A stretch of DNA of 64,000 nucleotides from an uncultured Clostridia bacterium (GTDB lineage Bacteria > Bacillota > Clostridia > Christensenellales > CAG-917). Below, piece by piece: positions 9,388 to 18,747 of this stretch (position 1 is the first letter of the stretch; the number at the start of each line of letters is the position of its first letter). The notes beneath the pieces were generated by a model. The model saw only the letters and a list, made by a program, of their open reading frames with translations, was not told where the DNA came from and ran no database searches. Where the stretch lies: positions 29,415 through 93,414 of the forward strand of contig CAUTUX010000002.1 in assembly GCA_963542015.1 (NCBI GenBank). Direction: 5' to 3'. The position numbers and the translations under genes were made by a program.

Positions 9388-9417
9388 ATGATACCCCCCC
9401 CCATTTTTCGATGTCAA
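9388..9417 (-). promoter_or_regulatory. promoter with a G9 homopolymer inside the spacer
   Basis: Minus strand reads TTGACA (9417-9412), tcgaaaaat, GGGGGGGGG (9402-9394), TATCAT (9393-9388). The spacer is 18 nt as sequenced. Confidence 0.55.
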
Positions 9418-9484
9418 TATGATATTGCAAATTTTTTTATTTTTTTGGATTTCTTCTTATTTAAGAATTTTGCTTAATATTGCT

Positions 9485-12433
9485 CTAGGCATACTGCCAA
9501 TTATAGTTTCTCTGAGAGTCAATTTTATATAAATAGAAGATAAAATCTGCATGCCCAGCAGCATCTGGCATCTTTTCTGCAACAAGTTTTGTAAGCTTAT
9601 CTTTACCAGCAACTTGTGATAAATTAACAAACATTTTTCTCATATTTGCTAATTCTCCAGAGTCTTCATTTAAATACGAATAATTTTCTCCGCCACCAAA
9701 AAATGCAATGCCTCCGTGTATAAATTGCTTTTGTTTGATTTTATAAATAATATCGTTATATTTTTCTCTTTCGATTACAGCTTTAATCATTCCTTGAAAA
9801 TCAAGTCTAAGAAAACCTAATCCGCCACTCAATGAACCACTTATCTCAATTAAGGATGATGCATCTAATGTGCTTAAATCTACCCAATTGTATATTTTGA
9901 GGTCACCTTTAATGTTCAGCTCCGCAGCATATGATGTCGCTGCTATATTTCGCCAAGATTTATCTGGTATGGCACCAAAATCATCGTCATCATTCCATAA
10001 GAGTTTTCCTGCAAAGTGAGCATCCATACCAATGGCAAACAGGCCAGATCCTCTCAATTCATTATTTTCTAGGGTAACTTCGGTAACTACATAATGTTTT
10101 TTAAAATAATCGTCAATTGAGTTTTTATCACGATATAGATAGTCTGTTCCGTTATTTTTTTTGAATCTATATGTTTTAGGTAACAAATTTCCTTTTGCTG
10201 ATTTTTCTGTGCTGTCCGTCGCCCTTACTGCTCTATTGGAGCCTATTTTAATTAAAAATTCTCTTGCATTTGATATTACACTATTTATTATCCCTACTTT
10301 TATTTTTTCTTTTTCAACATCAACTGATGACATTTCTGATTCTTCAACAACTGAATTAAATTCGGGATCTTGATTCAAGTCTCTACCAAATATTCTTATA
10401 CATGTTCTACCATTAGATACCCTGCTATTTAGGACATTAACATTATCACCCATAATTTCAAGCACTGTGCCTTTATTTTCGAGTTCTTTCTGACTAAACT
10501 TGTTGTTTTGTATCAAACTCTCATCTTTACACGCTTTCAACACTACATTTCTTAATTCAATGTTATCTTTGCGAACTAGGAAACATATATTATCTTGACC
10601 TCTTAACGATACTTTAAATAATCCATTCTTGACAGCCACAAAAGAAGGTGCTTCCCCAAACTTCGTCATTTTTCCTGTTGTTATTTTGTCTGCATTAATT
10701 TGGAATCCATTCCCATAAACACTGTTTGTAAATTCAAGTAAATATTGTATTTTAGGTCTAGATTCATGTATGTTTTTGTAATACTTCCAATCATAAGTTG
10801 TATACATATAATTGTTTAAATATTCCTCACCCTGAATGAATATGTCTTTCTGTATAGCAACCTTTTTATTTTTAGATTGTGCATGTGCTAATTCTTTTTC
10901 GTTATTGATATTTATTCCATGTGAAACATTTATTCTATATTCAGAACTTTCTACAAAAAAGAACTTTGTGTATTTCCAGTATGCTTTTAATATAAGCTCC
11001 TTTACTTCCTCATCTGCCGCTATTTTTGTTATGACATTTTTTTCGTTATTAAAGTTGCCCGTCTTATTTTGATATTCGATTTCTTTGCTGTCACATTCAT
11101 CATATTTATTATCTAATGTTACGATTTCTGCTTTATGGCTAAAATCTACTTCTTCCATTTGTGTGTTATAAACCTTATCCATATAAGTGCGAGTCTTTTC
11201 TTTGCCATAACTCATCGACTCGGTTTTGTAATATAGTGTACTGATATTTTCTATTGGTTTTATGATTGCTTCTGTTGTTTTTTCAATCCCATTGATCTTG
11301 TATCTTGCCACTATCTTCTTTTCTTTATCTCCCAAAGTAACATCGATAGTTTCTCCTTTTATCCACTCGCTATCAATATTGAATTCAACATCTGAAATCT
11401 CTGCATTACTGTGGAGATAATATTTCATCGTTGTTTCTTTCTTGTGATATATAACATCTCCGTTCTGTACTCCTGTTGCTATTGTTGCTTCCGCAATAAT
11501 ATCTTTATATTTATATTTGTTCTTTTTAACTTTTAGTTCTGTTGTTGAATCTGGTTCTACGATATGTTGAGTATTGCTTATCGATTCAATAATTTTCCCA
11601 TTCTCTATTTCTGCCCCTGTTGCATTTTCAACATATACTTCCTTTGTCTTTCCTTCAATTCTTCTAACTGCTCCACTATTACTAAGTCCAGTAACAACGC
11701 ACTCTCCAGATTCATTAACTACTTCTACATCCATAGTTTGTGTTTTGTTCCCTACCCTTGCTGTAACCTTTGTTGTTCCTGAAAAATGTGTATATGCTTC
11801 CCCACTGTACTTATCAATTTCTAACACATTAGGATTCGTTGATTCCCATATTGTTGCGAGATGATTAAATGCTGCTGGAGCTATCCTGGTTATAAACTGA
11901 TACGGTTTGTTCCTCAGATTGATTTTGAACTTTGTATTTTCTACTGGACTAATTTCATTTTCTTCTGGTGTAAAATTCTTATTATCGTATGTATCATACA
12001 ATCTCTGTTCGATTTTAAATGTTTTAGACTGTATTACTCTCATTATCATTGAAGCTGTATATCCCCCTTCCTTTGTCATACAGCTAATTTTAACTTTTCC
12101 TGTTCCTCTAAACTCAATACTATATCCACCCTGCATCTTTTTAACGGTCGCTTCAACCTTGTTTTTAGGATCAAGATTTTCTATCTCGACATCTATATTT
12201 TTATTCTTTGCATTCGCTGGAATAACATTAACAAACATTTTAAATTCTTTCTGTTGGTCTGTATCAAATATCCTGTTTTCTTTAAGATCTTTATTTTTCC
12301 CCTCAGTATTATGTAAGGCAATTCCTCTGACTGGAATCTGAACTGTATTGCCAATTGCTTTTGAAACTCCAAATAATAAAAGGATTAATAATATTGGGAT
12401 TATAAAAATAAAAGCTATTATCTTATTCCGCAT
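9485..12433 (-). CDS. giant TM-anchored surface protein with Ig-like (Big_2-type) region and parallel beta-helix repeats
   Basis: 982 aa with an N-terminal TM (IIAFIFIIPILLILLLFGV). Big_2-like block: WESTNPNVLEIDKYSGEAYTHFSGTTKVTARVGNKTQTMDVEV. PbH1-like repeats: IELRNVVLKAC, NVNVLNSRVSNGRTCIRIFG, INSVISNAREFLIKIGSN, VTLENNELRGSGLFAIGMD. The start overlaps the permease stop by 11 nt. Confidence 0.6.
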   Translation of the reverse strand: MRNKIIAFIFIIPILLILLLFGVSKAIGNTVQIPVRGIALHNTEGKNKDLKENRIFDTDQQKEFKMFVNVIPANAKNKNIDVEIENLDPKNKVEATVKKMQGGYSIEFRGTGKVKISCMTKEGGYTASMIMRVIQSKTFKIEQRLYDTYDNKNFTPEENEISPVENTKFKINLRNKPYQFITRIAPAAFNHLATIWESTNPNVLEIDKYSGEAYTHFSGTTKVTARVGNKTQTMDVEVVNESGECVVTGLSNSGAVRRIEGKTKEVYVENATGAEIENGKIIESISNTQHIVEPDSTTELKVKKNKYKYKDIIAEATIATGVQNGDVIYHKKETTMKYYLHSNAEISDVEFNIDSEWIKGETIDVTLGDKEKKIVARYKINGIEKTTEAIIKPIENISTLYYKTESMSYGKEKTRTYMDKVYNTQMEEVDFSHKAEIVTLDNKYDECDSKEIEYQNKTGNFNNEKNVITKIAADEEVKELILKAYWKYTKFFFVESSEYRINVSHGININNEKELAHAQSKNKKVAIQKDIFIQGEEYLNNYMYTTYDWKYYKNIHESRPKIQYLLEFTNSVYGNGFQINADKITTGKMTKFGEAPSFVAVKNGLFKVSLRGQDNICFLVRKDNIELRNVVLKACKDESLIQNNKFSQKELENKGTVLEIMGDNVNVLNSRVSNGRTCIRIFGRDLNQDPEFNSVVEESEMSSVDVEKEKIKVGIINSVISNAREFLIKIGSNRAVRATDSTEKSAKGNLLPKTYRFKKNNGTDYLYRDKNSIDDYFKKHYVVTEVTLENNELRGSGLFAIGMDAHFAGKLLWNDDDDFGAIPDKSWRNIAATSYAAELNIKGDLKIYNWVDLSTLDASSLIEISGSLSGGLGFLRLDFQGMIKAVIEREKYNDIIYKIKQKQFIHGGIAFFGGGENYSYLNEDSGELANMRKMFVNLSQVAGKDKLTKLVAEKMPDAAGHADFIFYLYKIDSQRNYNWQYA

Positions 12434-14111
12434 ATTTTCCCTTTTCCATCTTTGCTACATTCTTCTCTATATTTATGTCGATCTTCTTTAAGCTAACAAA
12501 GAAATATGTCACTACTGCAAGTGCAACTATTAGAGTTACTAAAAAAATAAAAATATAACTAAATGCATCTCCTGTTTTCTTTCCCTTAATATATGTATAA
12601 AAAGCATTTACCGCTATTGGTACAACTGCGGTAACGATTCCCAATATTGACCAAATTAATGCAGTCTTTATTTCTGAGCTTGTCATGTTTTCGCCAACAA
12701 TCTTTTGTGGTCTATCAAAATCCATTTTGATTGCCGCTATTATTTGGCTTTCTGCAAGTACCTCGCAGACCAGCAATACGAATATTCCCTGTTGCCAGCT
12801 TAGTAGCTTTGTGCTTATTAAAATAATATCCGTGAGTAGAACTGATATTGCGGATATAATTGTGCAGAACGCTGTTTTTGCCAGTACGATATCTCTATTG
12901 CGACATGGTATAGTTCTCATAAACTGCCATATATCATAATCCCTAGAAAAGGCTGTACCAGCAAATGAATTTACTAAAGCAAGAAATAGTATTATGCTTC
13001 CAACCGCAAGTGCAATACTTGCATCAAAAAACAACAAACTCATAAGTGTATCTTTCAACATTTTAAAAATCATGTACACAAACAATGGCAACAAAACAAG
13101 AACTCCAAAATATGACTTTGCATATGCATTGTTCCTCAAAACTGTCAGTGCCTCTTTTTTTAATAAAGATGCAATTACATTTTTTTCTTTTGCTATTTTT
13201 AAAACATCTTCATGGTCTATATTTTTTTGTACTCTCAAATTGATCGCTATATCATACAACAAATAAGTCGTCCCTATACTAGATACTCCACAAAGTATAA
13301 TGGCTACAACAATGTATAAGTAGTCAAAGCGTATAACCCCTCCAAATGAAACTGATGCCAACATACTTGCAGGTACAAGCCTTTTTGCGGTATAAAGTAT
13401 TTTTGCGACATTATCTTGATCTAAAAACAAATGCTGTATTTCACCAGTTATTAGTAAAGTTTTTAATTTATCCAATACTAATCCGTAGAAGTAAAAAACT
13501 ACTCCCATGGTTACAATTGCCACAATTAACATTAACAAATATTTTTGTCCCAAATATTTCTTTAATATAAACAGTGGTGCTGAGATAAGAGATGAAATGA
13601 ACACTGTCATCAAAGGCATAACTAAAATTGATAATATTGTTCCTCCCACAAGCGATACCAATCCAGGCTGTTTTCCATATACTATTCCAAGGACTATGCT
13701 TTGTGGAATTATAAATAAAGCCAATTTTAGAAACTGCCTAATATATAAAATTATCAATTCTGCAACAATGTATTCTAATTTCGATATTGGCAATGAGCGT
13801 ATTTTCTCAATATCGTTGTTTCTGAAGAGTCTAACGTAAAGATACTTTGAACACGTGTATACTTCTATTACAAAAACTGTGATAAACAAAAATGACTGCA
13901 ACTCAAATAAACGATGTCTTTCGGTAGTCCCTTGTAAATAGACTTGTGAATATGATTTTGCAAACACATATATTGCTAGGTTTAAAACAATACCAATTGT
14001 GATATAAATTAACCATTTAAATATGCTACTAAATATTTCGCTTTTATCTTGATATTTAAGGTTACTTTTATTCCTTAAAAATTGTTTTTTCAATAGGGCA
14101 AAGAGTTTCAT
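12423..14111 (-). CDS. polytopic permease partner of the adjacent ABC ATPase (ABC-2-like exporter membrane subunit)
   Basis: 562 aa, hydrophobic throughout. ATGA overlap with the ATPase gene. Confidence 0.55.
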   Translation of the reverse strand: MKLFALLKKQFLRNKSNLKYQDKSEIFSSIFKWLIYITIGIVLNLAIYVFAKSYSQVYLQGTTERHRLFELQSFLFITVFVIEVYTCSKYLYVRLFRNNDIEKIRSLPISKLEYIVAELIILYIRQFLKLALFIIPQSIVLGIVYGKQPGLVSLVGGTILSILVMPLMTVFISSLISAPLFILKKYLGQKYLLMLIVAIVTMGVVFYFYGLVLDKLKTLLITGEIQHLFLDQDNVAKILYTAKRLVPASMLASVSFGGVIRFDYLYIVVAIILCGVSSIGTTYLLYDIAINLRVQKNIDHEDVLKIAKEKNVIASLLKKEALTVLRNNAYAKSYFGVLVLLPLFVYMIFKMLKDTLMSLLFFDASIALAVGSIILFLALVNSFAGTAFSRDYDIWQFMRTIPCRNRDIVLAKTAFCTIISAISVLLTDIILISTKLLSWQQGIFVLLVCEVLAESQIIAAIKMDFDRPQKIVGENMTSSEIKTALIWSILGIVTAVVPIAVNAFYTYIKGKKTGDAFSYIFIFLVTLIVALAVVTYFFVSLKKIDINIEKNVAKMEKGKYAE

Positions 14112-14851
14112 TGCTTAAGCATCTGCTCCAATTCTTCCGCCTTGATTGTTCTTCCTTTATTATCAAGAATCGTCTGAATTTTATTTTCTTTTAAAACAAT
14201 AACTTTATCCGCAATCTCAGCAACCAAATCCATACTGTGCGACGAAAAAAACACCAGTGCTGTTTTTGATTCTTCCACCATTGTATCTACAAGTATTTTT
14301 GTCGACTCAACATCTAGTCCCACTGTCGGTTCATCAAGCACCCATAATTTCGGCATATGTATCAATGCCCCCATTATGCATAGTTTTTGTTTCATCCCAT
14401 GAGAATATGTAGTTGCTATTTTGTTTAAATGCCCGCTTAAGTTAAATCTTTTACTCAGCTCAGATATTCTGTATTGTCTTTCTTCTTTCGGCACTTTATA
14501 TATATCTGCAAGAAACTCTAAATATTCAAGTCCCGTCATATTTTGAAATATGTCATGAGTATCATTTATATATGCTAGTTGCTGTTTTGCCTTTATCGGA
14601 TGTTTGGAAATATCTTCTCCATAAATTTCAATGCTTCCACTTGAAACAGAATATATCCCAACAATACACTTTATTAGTGTCGTCTTTCCAGCTCCATTTG
14701 ATCCTATCAGCGCCACTACCTGCCCAGATTCCAACTCAAGGTTGATATCCTTCAGTGTTTCGTTTTTATGTCCGACATGTTTTTTAGATAAATTTTTTAT
14801 TCTTAGTGCTATACCTTTCGGGTCAGCTGATGGCATGCAAGTTTCTTCCAT
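14108..14851 (-). CDS. ABC transporter ATP-binding protein
   Basis: Walker A GSNGAGKTT, Walker B WVLDEPTVGLD, H-loop SSHSMD. I place the start at ATG 14851 (MEETC...), 7 nt after the galE stop with TAAGGAA as SD. The ORF-track start at 14920 would overlap galE by about 60 nt. Confidence 0.85.
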   Translation of the reverse strand: MEETCMPSADPKGIALRIKNLSKKHVGHKNETLKDINLELESGQVVALIGSNGAGKTTLIKCIVGIYSVSSGSIEIYGEDISKHPIKAKQQLAYINDTHDIFQNMTGLEYLEFLADIYKVPKEERQYRISELSKRFNLSGHLNKIATTYSHGMKQKLCIMGALIHMPKLWVLDEPTVGLDVESTKILVDTMVEESKTALVFFSSHSMDLVAEIADKVIVLKENKIQTILDNKGRTIKAEELEQMLKQ

Positions 14852-14858
14852 GATTTCC

Positions 14859-15878
14859 TTAGCTGTTGTATCCATTCGGATTTTTCTTTTGCCAGTTCCA
14901 ACTATCCCTACACATTTCATCTAAACCATACTTGCATTCAAATCCAATTTCTTTTTTTGCCTTGCTTGCATCTGCATAGCATTCCGCTATATCACCTGGT
15001 CTTCTTTCGACTATCTTATATGGAATCGTTACCCCTGAAGCTTTTTCAAATGCCTTTACCATTTCTAACACACTATATCCGTTACCAGTCCCCAAATTGT
15101 ATATATATAGTCCTGTATCTTTTTCTATTTTCTTAATTGCACATACATGACCACTTGCCAAGTCAACTACATGTATATAGTCTCTAACTCCAGTTCCATC
15201 CTTTGTTGGATAATCCCCGCCAAAAACACTTAACTGCTTTAATTTCCCTATTCCCACTTGCGTAATGTATGGCATAAGATTGTTTGGAATCCCATTTGGG
15301 TCTTCTCCAATTAATCCGCTCTTATGAGCTCCTATAGGATTGAAATATCTTAATAGGACAATATTAAATCTTTCGTCAGCTTTTCTTAAATCCATAAGTA
15401 TTCTTTCAATCATTAACTTTGTTGTACCGTATGGATTTGTCGTTCCTCCCGTTTTTGCTTCCTCGTCAATCGGAACTTTTTCTGGACTACCATACACTGT
15501 TGCAGATGATGAGAAGATAAAATTGAAACATCCACTTTCTCTCATTGCTTCTATCAACATCAGCGTGCTAATTAAGTTGTTGTCATAATATTCAATTGGT
15601 TTAATGCAAGACTCCCCTACTGCTTTCAATCCTGCAAAATGAATAACTCCGAAAATATTATTTTCTTTAAATATTTTCATCATTGCTGCTTTATCACGAA
15701 CATCTTCTTTGTAAAATGTAATTTTCTTTCCTGCTATTTTTTCTATCCTGTCCTTAACAAGTTCCTTGCTATTAACAAGGTTGTCTACTACTACTACTTC
15801 ATAGCCATTTTCTAACAGTCCAATAACTGTATGTGAACCTATATATCCGAGTCCGCCAGTGACAAGTATTTTTGACAT
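14859..15878 (-). CDS. galE: UDP-glucose 4-epimerase
   Basis: [18 protein letters not shown] (Rossmann GxxGxxG), [13 protein letters not shown] (YxxxK), typical length 339 aa. AGGAGG precedes the ATG. Confidence 0.9.
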   Translation of the reverse strand: MSKILVTGGLGYIGSHTVIGLLENGYEVVVVDNLVNSKELVKDRIEKIAGKKITFYKEDVRDKAAMMKIFKENNIFGVIHFAGLKAVGESCIKPIEYYDNNLISTLMLIEAMRESGCFNFIFSSSATVYGSPEKVPIDEEAKTGGTTNPYGTTKLMIERILMDLRKADERFNIVLLRYFNPIGAHKSGLIGEDPNGIPNNLMPYITQVGIGKLKQLSVFGGDYPTKDGTGVRDYIHVVDLASGHVCAIKKIEKDTGLYIYNLGTGNGYSVLEMVKAFEKASGVTIPYKIVERRPGDIAECYADASKAKKEIGFECKYGLDEMCRDSWNWQKKNPNGYNS

Positions 15879-15900
15879 CTCTTCCTCCTATTATTTAACT

Positions 15901-17997
15901 TTATTTTTTATCTTTTTCGCCGTATGTCTTTTCAAGATAATTATACATCTCTTCCATAATTGAATCAGCCAATGCTGGAGTTTTGCATTCAACCATAAGT
16001 CTAATCTTTGGTTCCGTTCCACTCTGCCTTACGACAACTCTTCCTTTCCCTTTCATTCTATCTTCAACATCAAGAACCATCTGTCTAAATGTTTCATCTT
16101 TCATGATCTGATCCTTGTTTTCTGTTATGAATGCTTTTTGTATCTGATAATATGGTTTGACTGTATACAATGAACTTAATTTACTTCCACTTTCTTGCAA
16201 AATCTTTGATAAGAACAATGCAACGAACAGTGCATCTCCCGTTGGCAAATATTGATTCATTATTATATGCCCCGACTGCTCTCCACCAAGGACAATTCCT
16301 TCTTCTGCCATGGTTAAAGAGACTATATGATCTCCAACATCTGAACGAACAACCAATATGCCTTTTTTCTTTAGAGCTTCCTCAACCCCTAGATTTGTAT
16401 ATATTGTGTATACTACTTTATTTTTATTTAATTCTTCCTTCTTCTTTAAGTACTGTGCAAGTATATAAATAATACCGTCTCCGTTAATTATTTCCCCCTT
16501 TTCATTGATCGCAATTATTCTATCTGCATCTCCATCAAAACTAAATCCCAAGTCAGCTTGTTCTTCAATTACTTTCTTTGCACATGTCTCAGGATATAAA
16601 GCTCCAGTTCCATTGTTTATGATTTTTCCATCACCAATGTCATTTATGGAAATTACATTATGACCAAGTGCTTCAAAAACTCCCTTCGCATATTTAGAAA
16701 CTGCTCCGTTTGCACAGTCTATAACTATTTTTAACTTTTTCCCTTTTGCTGGCTTACATGAACTCTGAAGATGTTCAAGATATTTGCTAAACAAATCTTT
16801 TTCTTCAACACACTGTCCTTTCATTTCTCTAAAGATTGGTTTATTTCTTTCTATATGGTTTTCAATTTCATTTTCATCTATGTCTTGCAGTTTTTCACCT
16901 TTATTATTGAAAACCTTAATTCCGTTATATTCTGATGGGTTGTGTGATGCACTAATTACAACACCATAATTCGCTCCCTTTATTATTGTTGAATAGGCAA
17001 CTGCTGGGGTTGCTACAATACCCATATCTATTGCTGTTGCCCCGCTATCAATAATTCCTCTAACAAGAGCATCCTTTATCGCCTCACCACTTTCTCTAGT
17101 ATCTCTTCCAACAATGATTTTTCCAAAGTCGGATGAATATCCTAAGTAGTTTCCACACATATATGCTATTTCGTCTGTAATCTCTTTTTGATACTTCCCT
17201 CTAATTCCATCAGTACCAAAATGTCTCTTCTTAAATACATTCTTATGATATTTGCTTCTGTTTTCCTTTATTTCCTCTCTTGTTCTTCCGATACACATAC
17301 TGTTTGCTGGTAGATCTTTTGTTACTGTAGTGCCAGCAGCAATAAATGCATTATTCTCAAGGATTACTGGTGCTATTACATTAGAGTTACTTCCTATGAA
17401 TACGCTGTCACCAACTTTTGATCTATGTTTGTTTGTACCGTCATAATTAACAAAGATTGTGCCACATCCGATGTTACACTGATTTCCTATGTCGGCATCT
17501 CCTATATATGCAAGGTGAGCCATCTTTGTTTGCTTGCCTATAACTGAATTTTTTATTTCTACAAAGTTACCAATACGACAAGATGCCCCAACATTTGTGT
17601 TTGTGTGTATATTTGCAAACGGACCGACTGTTGTCTCTTGTCCTATTTCACTATCTCGCACATTGCTTTTCTCAAGTGTTGCTCCTGAATGTATTATTGA
17701 ATTAACTACAGTGTTTCCTTCTCTTAGTTTACAGTTTGCTCCAATTTGAGTTTTTCCCTTCAAAACATTGTTTGGATAAATATATGCCCCTTCTTGAATT
17801 TGTACCGAGTCATCAATATATATTCCAACAATGGATTCAAAAATTACTCCGTTCTTTATATGCTTTTTAATAATGGCGATTCTTATCTGATCAAAGGCTT
17901 TTTCTCTTGCTATTAGGTCGCTGCAGTCGATTTTATTTTCTTTGCAATATTGCTCAAAATCAATTCCTAAATACTCTTTTAACATCAATTTTTCCAT
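15901..17997 (-). CDS. glmM: fusion protein: GlmU-type left-handed beta-helix acetyltransferase domain (no uridyltransferase domain) + phosphoglucosamine mutase GlmM
   Basis: The N-terminal ~260 aa align by eye to the GlmU C-terminus (GNFVEIKNSVIGKQTKMAHLAYIGDADIGNQCNIGCGTIFVNYDGTNKHRSKVGDSVFIGSNSNVIAPV). This runs directly into GlmM (HFGTDGIRG, ISASHNPSEYNGIK, FDGDADR, GGEQSGH). The start is uncertain: ATG 17997 (MEKL), ATG 17985, or the ORF-track TTG 18045. None has a good SD. Confidence 0.8.
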   Translation of the reverse strand: MEKLMLKEYLGIDFEQYCKENKIDCSDLIAREKAFDQIRIAIIKKHIKNGVIFESIVGIYIDDSVQIQEGAYIYPNNVLKGKTQIGANCKLREGNTVVNSIIHSGATLEKSNVRDSEIGQETTVGPFANIHTNTNVGASCRIGNFVEIKNSVIGKQTKMAHLAYIGDADIGNQCNIGCGTIFVNYDGTNKHRSKVGDSVFIGSNSNVIAPVILENNAFIAAGTTVTKDLPANSMCIGRTREEIKENRSKYHKNVFKKRHFGTDGIRGKYQKEITDEIAYMCGNYLGYSSDFGKIIVGRDTRESGEAIKDALVRGIIDSGATAIDMGIVATPAVAYSTIIKGANYGVVISASHNPSEYNGIKVFNNKGEKLQDIDENEIENHIERNKPIFREMKGQCVEEKDLFSKYLEHLQSSCKPAKGKKLKIVIDCANGAVSKYAKGVFEALGHNVISINDIGDGKIINNGTGALYPETCAKKVIEEQADLGFSFDGDADRIIAINEKGEIINGDGIIYILAQYLKKKEELNKNKVVYTIYTNLGVEEALKKKGILVVRSDVGDHIVSLTMAEEGIVLGGEQSGHIIMNQYLPTGDALFVALFLSKILQESGSKLSSLYTVKPYYQIQKAFITENKDQIMKDETFRQMVLDVEDRMKGKGRVVVRQSGTEPKIRLMVECKTPALADSIMEEMYNYLEKTYGEKDKK

Positions 17998-18747
17998 GTC
18001 AATAATTATATTATACTTTTGTTTTTGTGTGAATGTATGTGTCAAATTTCCAATGCAGTTAACATTATTTTTTAAATTTTTTGCTTAATTTCCAATATTT
18101 ATGCCTTTCATGTATCCATTTTTTAAAATTTTTCAATCACTTTATTTGCATCCTTAATATGTGTGTCTATGTTGTCCGTATAGACAAAAAAGCTCGTATA
18201 ATACTCTTTTCATTTCCGCCGGCGAATGGTGTAACCATATTTTAAATTATGAGAACGCTTAGCTTTTATGTTCCCCTGGATCCTGCAGAAATTATTCATC
18301 TACTACCCATCTTTTCCCTTTTCTGCCTCTACAAATAAAATTGCAAGAACACGTGATTTTTAACTTCAAAATCGCAACTTGCATATGTCTGCATAAATAT
18401 GCCTCCGATGATAATTTGAGTGATATGTATGCGAAAATAGATCTCACAAAATGCTAATCTAGCTAGGACAATTGAGCGATGTCTGCTTATTTGTTTTTGA
18501 AACTTCACTAACACATGGATTCTTTGCTAATTGTTGTAAATAGGTTGTCTAATCCAGTAAATTTGCTTTTATGATTCGATGATTGTGTGAATAGAGGGCT
18601 TCCAAGACCTTATCCCAATAACTGATTACTTCTAACAAACCTTTTGCTGTTAATAGGTTGCTGTTTGCTTGAAACTATTATTTGTATATACCTTTCTTTC
18701 ATTAGATCTATAATTGGTGTGTTTGAGGTAGCCTTCTGTATTTTTAT

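Noticed and set aside
14852-14920. N-terminal extension of the ABC ATPase overlapping galE by about 60 nt.
   Set aside because: An ATG with TAAGGAA sits 7 nt after the galE stop and gives a normal-length ATPase, so the extension adds only non-conserved residues.
18040-18045. TTGACA at the ORF-track TTG start of the fusion gene, followed by TATAAT, as a promoter.
   Set aside because: The spacer between the two hexamers is 24 nt, too long for a sigma-A promoter. It probably only shows that the TTG 18045 'start' is non-coding sequence.
18195-18262. Purine-riboswitch-like start on the plus strand (GCTCGTATAATACTC...ATTATGAGAACG).
   Set aside because: The conserved junction and loop sequences (GGATATGG, TTTCTACC, CCGTAAA) are missing, the P1 pairing is imperfect, and no plus-strand gene follows.
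18180-18330. glmS ribozyme or another known riboswitch upstream of the glmU'-glmM fusion. The minus strand contains ...TTCGCCGGCGGAAATG..., reminiscent of the UUCGGCGGAUG segment of glmS, and AAAGCTAAGCGTTC, reminiscent of the end of the ydaO motif.
   Set aside because: The other conserved glmS elements (AGCGCC cleavage site context, GACGAGG) are absent and the order of matches is wrong. The ydaO-like match is a single short block. The element would also precede the wrong gene, since glmS ribozymes precede glmS. Only an Infernal/Rfam scan could settle it.
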